A stretch of DNA of 64,000 bases from Candidatus Magasanikiibacteriota bacterium (lineage in GTDB: Bacteria; Patescibacteriota; Patescibacteriia; Magasanikbacterales; GWA2-37-8). This document shows positions 26,800 through 35,987 of this stretch, in pieces (within the stretch, counting starts at the first letter, position 1; the number at the start of each line of letters is the position of its first letter). The translations under genes were made by a program, and so were the position numbers. The stretch is taken from positions 385 to 64,384 of the forward strand of contig JACPGS010000005.1 in the NCBI GenBank assembly GCA_016189025.1, read 5' to 3'. A model generated the notes under the pieces. The model did not search any database. It saw nothing but the letters and a program-made list of their open reading frames with translations, and was not told where the DNA came from.

Positions 26800-29526
26800 T
26801 CAAACTACTGCCGCTTTCTGACTCCGCCGCAATATCAGTTTATAAAACTCCCCCCCTACCAGCACCAAAGAAGATAAGAGCGCCGCTAGCACCAACTCGC
26901 CCGCGCCCGGCGCCGTAAACCGGAAAACGCGCTGCAGCAGAGGCACGTAAAGCACTACCGCCATTAACATTACCGAAGCCAATACGGTGAGCGGCACCCA
27001 AGGGTTGCGCGGCAGGGCGCGGCTGAAGCAAGAGTGCTTCAGCGAACGCAGATTCCAAACGTTGATAATCTGGGTGAGCGACATAATCACGAACGCTGCG
27101 GTGCGCGCCGAATTGATGCCTTGCGGCAAATACCAACGGAAGGCCGCAATCGTTAACGCCACCATAATTATCGTCATCAGAATTAAAAACGGAAAAATAC
27201 TGCGGGTAAGAATCGGCTCATCTTTATGCTTGGGCGGCTCGCGCAAGGCATCAGCCGCGCCCGGCTCCAGGGCCAGCCCCACCGTATTAAATCCGTCAGT
27301 CACCAAATTAAGCCACAGCACATGAATGGGAAGCAGAGGCAAAGGGAAACCGAGGAAAAGAGTAACCACAATGGTGGCCATTTCCGCAAAGTTGGTGGTA
27401 AGCAGGTAATAACTGGCTTTGCGGGTGTTATCAAACACAATCCGCCCTTCCTCAATGGCGTTAACAATGCTGGCAAAATTATCATCCGCCAAAATCAGGT
27501 GGCTCGCCTCGCGGGCCACGTCAGTCCCCACCACTCCCATGGCAATGCCGATGTCAGCGCGCTTTAAGGCCGGCGCATCGTTCACTCCGTCGCCGGTCAT
27601 TGCCACAATTTCGCCCTGGCGCTGGAGCAGTTCGGCAATCTGCAATTTGCGCGCCGGAGTAAGGCGGGCAAAGATGCTGACGGTGTTAACCGCCCGAGCA
27701 AAACCCGCCGGGTCCAAAGCCGCCAGTTCGGTTTCCGTCAAGGCTGGCTCTCCTTCCTTTACTAGGCCAATCCGTTTACCGATGGCCAGGCCGGTCGCGG
27801 CATGGTCGCCGGTCGCCATAATAACGCGAATCCCGGCCCCCCGCGCCCGCGCTACTGCGGCGGACACCTCGGCGCGCGGCGGGTCCATCATACCCACTAA
27901 CCCGACCAAAGTAAGCGACTCTACAAAAGTATCAGCCACATCAGTAATCGGGGTGTCCGCCGCGCGATAAGCCAAGGCAATCACCCGCATGGCCTCGCCG
28001 GAAAGCGCCTCAACCTTCTGCTCCAGGTGCTGCCGCGCCGCCAAATCTAAAACCTGCTCCCCGGCGCCGACCAGTACGTTCTGGCAACGCGCCAGCAATA
28101 CCTCCGGCGCCCCCACGGCGTAAAGATAACGCCGCCCCCCATCCTTTGCTTCTTCAATTAACGACGCTCGGTATTTACGGTCAGAATTAAACGGCAAATC
28201 TGCTAGGCGCCGTTCGCTTTCTTCCACCACCTCGCGCTTCAGGCCAGCCTTTTCTGCGAGCACCACTAAGGCTCCTTCGGTCGGATCGCCGATTATTTTA
28301 TAACCATCATTTTCCTCTTTCACCAACTCCGCGTTATTGCAGAGCAGAGCAATATGCAGCAGCCGATCCAGCGCCGGATTCTCCAGGGGAATCAAGTCGC
28401 GCCTCTCCCCCCCGGGAATCTGCTCTTGGAAATTGCCGTGCGGCTCCCAACCAATGCCGGTTACCGTAATCTCTTCACCGCTGCCTAACACCACGGTAGC
28501 CACCCGGAGGGTATTCTCGGTCAGGGTGCCGGTTTTATCAGTAATAATAACCGTTGCTACTCCCAGCGTTTCCGTGGTAGGGAGGGTCCGGATAATCGCC
28601 CGGCGCCGCGCCATGCGATAAGCGCCGACCGCAAGCACAATGGTTAACACCGCCGGCAACCCCTCGGGAATGGCGGAAACCAAAGTCGCTACCGAAAACA
28701 GAAAAATGTCCACAAACCCCAAACCGCGCAGGAAAAAACCCACCCCAAAAGTAACCGCGGCTCCGACGAGCGCTACGGCCCCCATGTGCCGCACTAACTC
28801 CCGGCTCTTGCGTTCAAAATGGCTGGGGGCGGGCTTGACTTGCGCCATTAAGGTTGCCACTTGTCCAATGGCAGTGGAGAGGCCGGTAGCAACCACTACC
28901 CCCCGCGCGGTGCCGCTGGCCAAAAAAGTGGACATCCATACCATATTGCGACGATCGGCGAGCGCCGTTTCCCCGGGCAGCGCCTCGGTGTGTTTTTCCA
29001 CCGGCAACGACTCGCCGGTCAGCGAGGCTTCCACGGCGCGGCAGCCAGTGGCTTCGGAAAGCCGCGCGTCCGCCGGCACCCGATCGCCTTCTTCCAGCAG
29101 AATAATGTCGCCCGGCACCAGTTCGCGCGCCGGCAGCTGCACTACTTCGCCGTCGCGGTAGCATTTGGCCTGGGCAATAATCAATTTTTTCAGGGCGGCA
29201 ATGGCCTGGTCAGCGCGATACTCCTGCACAAAACCAATAATGGCATTGAGCACCACTATTCCGAGAATTACGTAAGTATCAAGCAGGTGCCCAAACCACC
29301 AGGAAATTGCCGCCGCCACAATCAAAATGTAAACCAGGATGTTTTTAAACTGACGCAAAAAAATCAACGCCGGGTGGACGCGCCCCCGGGCCGGTAATTC
29401 ATTGCTGCCGTATTGGGCTAACCGCTCGGCGGCCACCGCGGCCGACAAGCCAGTACGGCTAGTCTGTAGTTTTTCCCAAACCTCCGGCACCGGCAAACTA
29501 TGCCAGTGATTATTAGGATAATTCAT
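26800..29526 (-). CDS. Cation-transporting P-type ATPase (type IIA, Ca2+-like)
   Basis: LTGES, IPEGL, DKTGTLT, DPPR, TGDGVNDAPAL, LWLNLVTD. Confidence 0.96.
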   Translation of the reverse strand: MNYPNNHWHSLPVPEVWEKLQTSRTGLSAAVAAERLAQYGSNELPARGRVHPALIFLRQFKNILVYILIVAAAISWWFGHLLDTYVILGIVVLNAIIGFVQEYRADQAIAALKKLIIAQAKCYRDGEVVQLPARELVPGDIILLEEGDRVPADARLSEATGCRAVEASLTGESLPVEKHTEALPGETALADRRNMVWMSTFLASGTARGVVVATGLSTAIGQVATLMAQVKPAPSHFERKSRELVRHMGAVALVGAAVTFGVGFFLRGLGFVDIFLFSVATLVSAIPEGLPAVLTIVLAVGAYRMARRRAIIRTLPTTETLGVATVIITDKTGTLTENTLRVATVVLGSGEEITVTGIGWEPHGNFQEQIPGGERRDLIPLENPALDRLLHIALLCNNAELVKEENDGYKIIGDPTEGALVVLAEKAGLKREVVEESERRLADLPFNSDRKYRASLIEEAKDGGRRYLYAVGAPEVLLARCQNVLVGAGEQVLDLAARQHLEQKVEALSGEAMRVIALAYRAADTPITDVADTFVESLTLVGLVGMMDPPRAEVSAAVARARGAGIRVIMATGDHAATGLAIGKRIGLVKEGEPALTETELAALDPAGFARAVNTVSIFARLTPARKLQIAELLQRQGEIVAMTGDGVNDAPALKRADIGIAMGVVGTDVAREASHLILADDNFASIVNAIEEGRIVFDNTRKASYYLLTTNFAEMATIVVTLFLGFPLPLLPIHVLWLNLVTDGFNTVGLALEPGAADALREPPKHKDEPILTRSIFPFLILMTIIMVALTIAAFRWYLPQGINSARTAAFVIMSLTQIINVWNLRSLKHSCFSRALPRNPWVPLTVLASVMLMAVVLYVPLLQRVFRFTAPGAGELVLAALLSSLVLVGGEFYKLILRRSQKAAVV

Positions 29527-29739
29527 AGGTCAACGCCTATCATTGGACGGTAGAAGAATACTAACTCATTATCCGCCTAGTCGCTATCGCTATTGCTAAA
29601 ATTTACTTGGTTGGTCGCGGCAGATACTCTTTGAGTGCTCCCCCGACTAAGTCGGGGTGCGCGCCCAAAGACACTCGTCTGCCGCTCCCGGATGCTAGCT
29701 GGTTGTTTTTGTTCTTCTCCAGTCTCATCATAACATAAA

Positions 29740-32037
29740 CTAGCGTTTCCAAAAACGCCCCTGCTCAAACATCTGGCGTTTCCAGCGGTAAAAATGCCGG
29801 TAATCGCACAGGGTTAACTCGGCCGAAGCGCGGTAATCATAATCCGCAGGACACTCTACCTGGCTCGGTATTGAATAATCAATTCTCCGCTTGCCGGCCT
29901 GGTCAAGCTGATTGATATACAACCCCAGCTCATGCATGCCGAGCAAGTTAGGATAAGCGCGCCGATCGTCAAAAATTGAGTGTCCTTCAAATGAATTGAG
30001 CATATTAATACCCAGGAGCTGCAATAAAGTCGGGGTAAAATCCAACCCCGACGAGTATAAGTCTACTTCTTTAGGCAGGACCGTATCCGGAACATAAAGC
30101 AAAAAAGCATTTTCGTCGTAAAAAGTTAGCTTACCGGCTTCGGCCGGGAACAAATCGCGGGTAAACGCGGCCGGAAATACCGCGTGGTCACCCACGGCCA
30201 CCACGATAGTATTGGTAGCGTACCGGCTGGCCTGAAACTCCTGCCAAAATTTACCAAACGCGTCGTCGGTAGTGCGAAAAGCGTTTAGCAGGGTGCTTTT
30301 GCCGTCGCCGTAAGTCAGCCCGTCTTTGGCCAGGTTAAACGGCGGATGAGTGTCTACCGTAGAAAGCATAACTAAAAACGGCTCGCGCGCCCGCTCTCCA
30401 ATAATCTGCCACAGCGCCGGCAGCATCTGATGATCCGAATATCCCCAAGATTTAGGCGCCGCCTCAATCCAGCGGGCGAGTTCCGCGGTGCCGTACACTT
30501 CCTGCGTTCCCATGCTGGCAAAAATGCCGTCTTTATTGGCAAAATCTTTTTGTACGGCAGTAATATAAGCGCTATATTGATAACCAGAGCGATGAAGTGC
30601 TTCCGGCAGACACAACAAACGATGGCGCTTGAGTTTGCGCTCGTTCTGAATTTCTTCGTGGCCGGTGGGCGGCAAAAATGAACACAACTGGGAGAGGAGA
30701 CCGGTAACGGTAGGAGTGGAAGCATTGTAATATTTTTTAAAAATGGTGGTGTCGGGATTCCCGGCCATGGCTTCCAGCCCCGGAGTAAGGCCGGGGAAAC
30801 GTTTGCTGTAAACGCTGGTTAAACGGGTAGAATAAGATTCCAAAAAAATGATAATGATATTGGGGCGCTGTTGCCGGAATTTCTCCGGCAGGAGCCGGGC
30901 CGTATTAGTAGGGCTATACACGAACGGCCGCTCGGCAATATAGAACGTGTCGGGATTATAGCGCAAACCGAAACGTTCTAACTTAGAGCGCACGGCCGGA
31001 TTGAGCACCAACGGCGCTTGGGGACGGAAATAGTACTCATAAAATGATTTAGCCACCGCCCGCTCCGGCGTGGTGCGGAAAGATGCCAGGCCAAACCAGG
31101 CGAACAATGCCAGAATAATTACTCCCGCCTGATAAAACTGCCAGTAACGCGCCGGCGCCTGGCGGTGGGCCCGGGCGACGCGTTTAATTACCAAAACAAA
31201 ACCGACTGTTACTACCGCTAGCAGCGACAGGAGCGGCACCGTAGAACTATTCTTTACCACTTCTCCCCCGCCCCGCAGATGCTGCAGCGCGACCGGCGAC
31301 AGCGGTAGTCCGGAATAATACAGCACGCCCACGTTCACGGTCCAAAAAAATAAGCCGACCACAAAAAACCCTGACCACAGGGTAACCACCAGGTAACGCC
31401 ACCATCCCTCAAGCTTCCAGAATAACCAGCCGCCCGCCGCAAACCCCACCAGCCAGAATAAACTCATCGCTAGGGCGCGGAATACTACAATATTGGGAAA
31501 ACGAACATTAGAATCCAGAATATAAAAACGCCAGCTGGCGTACTGCACCGCTGCTTGCACCAAAAAAATAAAAAACACCAGGGCAAACACGTGCGCGTGC
31601 ACCGTAAGCCAAGGAGCAGCCGCCGGATGACGCGCCAGCGCACTGCGCAGCTGCCAAAAAAACAGCAGTAATACCAAAGAAACGTAGATTAAACTGGCTA
31701 GTTCATTGCGCAAGAAAAAAGTAACGAACAGCAACGAACCAGCGGCAAACAGCCGATCCAGGAGCAAGGCAAATTCAGCGCGCCAAAAAGGATGGCGCCG
31801 AAAGCGCTGAACCAGATACAAATAAAGTAGCACGCCCAGCCGATAACCCAGGTACACCGCCGCCCAGGTGAGCAGAGAAATAACGACAAAGCGCTCGTGG
31901 GGAGAAATGGTCCAAACTTTTACCCGGCGCGGCAGATGATACCAATTCCAGCCGGCGGCAATGATAAAAGACCCAGCTATCGCATATAAGCTGGGAAAGA
32001 AACGACGAAAAAAATATTGCCCCAAAGAAATTTTCAT
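29740..32037 (-). CDS. LTA synthase-family membrane sulfatase-like transferase
   Basis: Multi-TM N-terminus; PNIIIIFLES, THPPF, VGDH, DFTPTLL. Confidence 0.85.
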   Translation of the reverse strand: MKISLGQYFFRRFFPSLYAIAGSFIIAAGWNWYHLPRRVKVWTISPHERFVVISLLTWAAVYLGYRLGVLLYLYLVQRFRRHPFWRAEFALLLDRLFAAGSLLFVTFFLRNELASLIYVSLVLLLFFWQLRSALARHPAAAPWLTVHAHVFALVFFIFLVQAAVQYASWRFYILDSNVRFPNIVVFRALAMSLFWLVGFAAGGWLFWKLEGWWRYLVVTLWSGFFVVGLFFWTVNVGVLYYSGLPLSPVALQHLRGGGEVVKNSSTVPLLSLLAVVTVGFVLVIKRVARAHRQAPARYWQFYQAGVIILALFAWFGLASFRTTPERAVAKSFYEYYFRPQAPLVLNPAVRSKLERFGLRYNPDTFYIAERPFVYSPTNTARLLPEKFRQQRPNIIIIFLESYSTRLTSVYSKRFPGLTPGLEAMAGNPDTTIFKKYYNASTPTVTGLLSQLCSFLPPTGHEEIQNERKLKRHRLLCLPEALHRSGYQYSAYITAVQKDFANKDGIFASMGTQEVYGTAELARWIEAAPKSWGYSDHQMLPALWQIIGERAREPFLVMLSTVDTHPPFNLAKDGLTYGDGKSTLLNAFRTTDDAFGKFWQEFQASRYATNTIVVAVGDHAVFPAAFTRDLFPAEAGKLTFYDENAFLLYVPDTVLPKEVDLYSSGLDFTPTLLQLLGINMLNSFEGHSIFDDRRAYPNLLGMHELGLYINQLDQAGKRRIDYSIPSQVECPADYDYRASAELTLCDYRHFYRWKRQMFEQGRFWKR

Positions 32038-32057
32038 TGTGGCGCTAGATTTAAATT

Positions 32058-32411
32058 TCACTCCTGGTATTCCTTATTCTCCCGCACGATCTCTTTGGTC
32101 TTCTTCAACTCTCCCCGCAGTTTAGCCTTATGCTTTTTCAACCGCCGCTCCAGGTGGTCTTTAAGCGAATCAACCGCTTCGTAAAGGCTGCTGGCTTCGC
32201 GGCGCACAAATACGTCATAACCCGGCACCTCCAGCCGCCCCTCGGCAAAAAAGAGATTGCCCTGCTGGTGGCGTTTAGTGTCTTCGCCGAGCACAATATC
32301 CGCCCGGATAATGCCGGAGAAAAACTTGGCGACGGCATTGAGCTTTTTGCCGACGTAATCTTCAATGGCGTCGGTCAGGCGCACGCCGCGTCCCGAGATG
32401 ATGATTTGCAT
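32058..32411 (-). CDS. hpf: Ribosome hibernation factor (HPF/RaiA)
   Basis: MQIIISGRGVRLTDAIEDYVGKK...LYEAVD...LERRLKKHK. Confidence 0.9.
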   Translation of the reverse strand: MQIIISGRGVRLTDAIEDYVGKKLNAVAKFFSGIIRADIVLGEDTKRHQQGNLFFAEGRLEVPGYDVFVRREASSLYEAVDSLKDHLERRLKKHKAKLRGELKKTKEIVRENKEYQE

Positions 32412-32519
32412 AAATGGATTAATAAAATAATACTCAATAATGCTAACTGGTTATTACTATTCTTCCACCATCTCACTATATCGTAATAAAGAAAGGCGGC
32501 CGCGTCAACCCAGAAAAGG

Positions 32520-33473
32520 TTAGGGCCTCACCACCATTACCTCCGGCTCCAGCGCTACCCCAAACTTATCGTACACCCGGCGCTGGGCTTCCTCGGCCAC
32601 TGCTAACACATCAGTCTGGGTAGCGCCACCTAGATTAACAATAAAATTAGCGTGTTCCGAGGAGACTTGCGCCCCGCCCACCCGATAACTTTTAAGCCCG
32701 GCCTGCTCAATCAGCCAGCCCGCGGCAATTTTCTGGTACTGCCGAAAGCGTTCCGGGAGTTCCGCCGGGTCGCGTTTCCATTCGGTTAAAAATACGTTTT
32801 TGAAAAAACTGCCGGCCGAGGGCGCGCGCGCCTGCTTGGCTCGGCGCTCGGCGATAATTTGCTGGGTAATGGCCAGGGAGTCCGCCGTCCGGCCCGGCGC
32901 CAACTGTATCCGCGCCGCGAGCACTACGTCCGGACCATGCTTAAAGATGCTGTCGCGGTAACCAAACTCACACTCCGCTGCCGTCAGCTCTACCACTTCC
33001 CCATCGCGCCAGGCCGTTACCGAAATTATAAAATCTTTTAACTCCCCTTGCGCCGTCGCATAGCGCGCGCCGGCGTTCCCCCGCACCGCCCCGCCGACCG
33101 TGCCCGGAATTCCAGCCGCCCACTCCAGCCCGGTTAAACTGTGTGCCACCGACAAATTCACCCAGTCGCCCAACGAATAGCCGGCCGAGGCTGCCAGCTT
33201 GTCCCCCTCGGCGCGCGCGGCGGATACCAAATTCCGCACCACCACTCCGGGCAAACCCTCATCGGGCAACAACAAATTTGACCCCCCGCCCAGAATAAAA
33301 TACGGGATTCCTTCGCCGGAAACAAAATTAAGCAGTGCTACCAGCTGATCATTGTCAGATACTTCAACCAACCATTCTGCCGGCCCGCCGATTTTGAAGG
33401 TAGTGTATTTGGCGAGCGGCGCGTTAGCCCGGACGCGGCCGAAATTTTTTAATTCTTTAAGCAATCCAAGCAT
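32520..33473 (-). CDS. murB: UDP-N-acetylenolpyruvoylglucosamine reductase
   Basis: TTFKIGGPA, GGGSNLL, GIPGTVGGAVRGNAGA, FGYRDS, SAGSFFKN, HANFIVN. Confidence 0.97.
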   Translation of the reverse strand: MLGLLKELKNFGRVRANAPLAKYTTFKIGGPAEWLVEVSDNDQLVALLNFVSGEGIPYFILGGGSNLLLPDEGLPGVVVRNLVSAARAEGDKLAASAGYSLGDWVNLSVAHSLTGLEWAAGIPGTVGGAVRGNAGARYATAQGELKDFIISVTAWRDGEVVELTAAECEFGYRDSIFKHGPDVVLAARIQLAPGRTADSLAITQQIIAERRAKQARAPSAGSFFKNVFLTEWKRDPAELPERFRQYQKIAAGWLIEQAGLKSYRVGGAQVSSEHANFIVNLGGATQTDVLAVAEEAQRRVYDKFGVALEPEVMVVRP

Positions 33474-33475
33474 AG

Positions 33476-33685
33476 CTATTTTACCACAATATTTTGCACC
33501 CGCCCCACCTGGCCGCTCGTCAGCCGCACTTTTATACCATGCGGGTGGGTAGCAGAATTCGTCAAAATCTCGGCCACCATGCCGCGGGTCAATGCCCCGG
33601 TGCGCTGGTCGGCTTTCTGGTCGGCTTTAAGGATAATTTCTACTTCTAGCCCTGGGTAGATATCGGAGCGGTTTTGGGCGGGCAT
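33476..33685 (-). CDS. YwbE/DUF2196 family protein
   Basis: GLEVEIILKADQ...LTRGMVAEILTNSATHPHGIKVRLTSGQVGRVQ. Confidence 0.85.
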   Translation of the reverse strand: MPAQNRSDIYPGLEVEIILKADQKADQRTGALTRGMVAEILTNSATHPHGIKVRLTSGQVGRVQNIVVK

Positions 33686-33746
33686 ATATTTAATTTTACC
33701 GCCCCACCCGTTCACCGAGGCGGTGGTCAAGAGGACATTCATGAAG

Positions 33747-33944
33747 TTATTGGTTAAATTTTCCACCTTTCAATAATTTATGATCCAATTGCACATGCGT
33801 AAAAAATTTCCACACCGCCCCGCAATCCGGACAGGTTAAATCAATTGAGTCGTCACTCGGCAAGGCTAACAACCCATCTGTATCTAAATCTTTTTTGCAA
33901 TACATGCATTTGAATTGGCCGGGAAAATAGTAACGATCACTCAT
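33747..33944 (-). CDS. Small zinc-ribbon protein
   Basis: CMYC...CPDC. Confidence 0.6.
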   Translation of the reverse strand: MSDRYYFPGQFKCMYCKKDLDTDGLLALPSDDSIDLTCPDCGAVWKFFTHVQLDHKLLKGGKFNQ

Positions 33945-33958
33945 ATTTTTTAATTAAA

Positions 33959-34162
33959 TTATTTTTTAAATCCCTGCCAGATTAATGCTAATGTTAGAAT
34001 TACTAAAACGGTGGTTAAAGTAACCATTGCGATACTGGCCTTTTTTGTTGAGGAATCAAGTTTATTAATTGAATCTACCAGTTGTTTAGAACTCCTCTCA
34101 ACGCTTTGTACGACTGGAGTAGTAGACGTGCTGAAATCTCCTGGTGGAATAATATTAGGCAT
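33959..34162 (-). CDS. Small protein with a C-terminal TM helix
   Basis: 67 aa ORF 4 bp downstream of the S subunit gene. Confidence 0.55.
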   Translation of the reverse strand: MPNIIPPGDFSTSTTPVVQSVERSSKQLVDSINKLDSSTKKASIAMVTLTTVLVILTLALIWQGFKK

Positions 34163-34166
34163 AAAT

Positions 34167-35516
34167 TTATGACTTACCTTTTTCCATCATCTCCTCAACC
34201 TTTCGTTTCGCCTCCGCCAACAGCTCCTTTGCTTTCTTTCGTGCTGCATGCGATGCTCGGACCAGGTCAGTAATTTTCTTTTGCGTTGCCGCTGGCAAAA
34301 TGGGGATTAATAAATTTTTTATATCCTTGTAACTAATGTTAGTTTGCACGCCACCCGTTCCAATTCTTGCTAATTGATCTTTACCTATAATTGAGTTAAG
34401 CAACAACACTAAATAATCGGGGTCAATATCCTTTGGTTTGAAATGCAGAATCCGCTGATTAATGCTGCACTTTTGAATGTCTGGAGGAATTAAAGAAGTC
34501 AAACCGATTGAACCAGACATTGATAAAACAATATCCCCCGGTCGTGCTAAATCTTTTTTAGAGAGAGAAGCGTCTTTCTCGGTAATATAGGCTGTGTCAG
34601 AAAGATCAAGCACGCCCTTCCCTATGTTATTAATTCTAATTAACGGTATGCCATTCTCCTGATAATTCTCACTTTTGAAAGGAAAACCCGTTGAATAATC
34701 TTTTATACAATCTTCTAACATCTTTACTGCTTTTTCTCTTATCTTTTTAATCAAATTATTATACAAGGGTTGATAAAATTCCGCATCCATCCGTTCGGCC
34801 GATTTAACATCGGAAAAATTAACTACGGTGTATGGTTCATTTTCTGTTTCAAAATTTTCTAAGCCTAATTCTTGTAAAAGCAGCTGTTCGGCTTGATGAT
34901 AAAATTTTCCAGCATCTTCTTTTTGATTGTGAATCTCTAAACATATTTGCTCAATTTTCTTTTGTTCATTTTCGCTAAAAATTGGTATTTTTATCTCTTT
35001 AATATTGGGAATATTTAAATTTGGTTGCGCCATGCCTGTTTGGAGCCGTAGGGTCTGAAAAATACCATATTTAGTGTTTAAAAAAAGGCCGGCAAAAAAC
35101 GGATTAACTTTATTAAACCGCACCCTAATTGTGTAAGAGCCAAAGGTGGCGCCTCTTAATTTTGGATAAACTACACTGGTTGCACCGGTGTTAGCCCCAC
35201 TTCTCGTAATTAAGCAATCTCCTGCCTCAAGTTTATATTCTGGTGGTACTTTCGCTCCATCAATTTTTAAAATTTCACCATCAATATCATAATCAAAAAG
35301 ATTCATGGCTCGTATGAAATCTACACCTCTCTCTAAATAATCGGGCTCTAAATACAGACCATACCTAACATCGCTTGTCAATGCACCGATTGTAGATGCT
35401 TTGGATAATTTTTTCATTGCATCCAAATACTCCGGCTGGTAATACTCCGCATCCAGCCGGTGCGCGCCTTCCAGTTGGGATTTTTGGATAATTGAACAGG
35501 CAATCACACAAATCAT
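34167..35516 (-). CDS. Restriction-modification specificity (S) subunit
   Basis: Two TRDs each led by RLDAEYY/RMDAEFY; QPNLN and QTNIS conserved regions. Confidence 0.88.
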   Translation of the reverse strand: MICVIACSIIQKSQLEGAHRLDAEYYQPEYLDAMKKLSKASTIGALTSDVRYGLYLEPDYLERGVDFIRAMNLFDYDIDGEILKIDGAKVPPEYKLEAGDCLITRSGANTGATSVVYPKLRGATFGSYTIRVRFNKVNPFFAGLFLNTKYGIFQTLRLQTGMAQPNLNIPNIKEIKIPIFSENEQKKIEQICLEIHNQKEDAGKFYHQAEQLLLQELGLENFETENEPYTVVNFSDVKSAERMDAEFYQPLYNNLIKKIREKAVKMLEDCIKDYSTGFPFKSENYQENGIPLIRINNIGKGVLDLSDTAYITEKDASLSKKDLARPGDIVLSMSGSIGLTSLIPPDIQKCSINQRILHFKPKDIDPDYLVLLLNSIIGKDQLARIGTGGVQTNISYKDIKNLLIPILPAATQKKITDLVRASHAARKKAKELLAEAKRKVEEMMEKGKS

Positions 35517-35986
35517 TTAATAAGGGGGCCTAGAATATAAGTTTCTAAAACTTTTTGGATTCCTAATTTAACCTGTGTTCCTTGTTTAAATATGGCCTCA
35601 TCTAATCTGCCATCCCCATAAGAAAGCGCAGCCTGATCAAAGTCAACCAAAGAATTATAACGAATTATTTCTCTATAGATAGGATTCAAAGTTTTTATCA
35701 TATCTCCAGGCAGTATCCCTGCGTTCAGTTTTGCCATTTCGTAAGCTTTATCTAGAAACCGTATTTTAGCACCGTTTACCATTATATTGTCACTCAAAGA
35801 TAAATTGAAGTCTAGTTCCTCTTTTAGATAATTAAGAATCTGTTTTACTAAATCTCTTTCATGCTCCAGCCGCCTTTGTACATCTAACTCTGCTGTCTCA
35901 CGTATCGATTTGATTGTTGCAAAATAGGTTACGCCCGCACCTATTATTGAACCAAAAAAGCCGCTTAATAAATTTCCCCATTCCAT
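35513..35986 (-). CDS. Hypothetical protein with an N-terminal TM segment
   Basis: AT-rich ORF wedged between the RM and S genes. Confidence 0.6.
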   Translation of the reverse strand: MEWGNLLSGFFGSIIGAGVTYFATIKSIRETAELDVQRRLEHERDLVKQILNYLKEELDFNLSLSDNIMVNGAKIRFLDKAYEMAKLNAGILPGDMIKTLNPIYREIIRYNSLVDFDQAALSYGDGRLDEAIFKQGTQVKLGIQKVLETYILGPLIK

Positions 35987-35987
35987 A

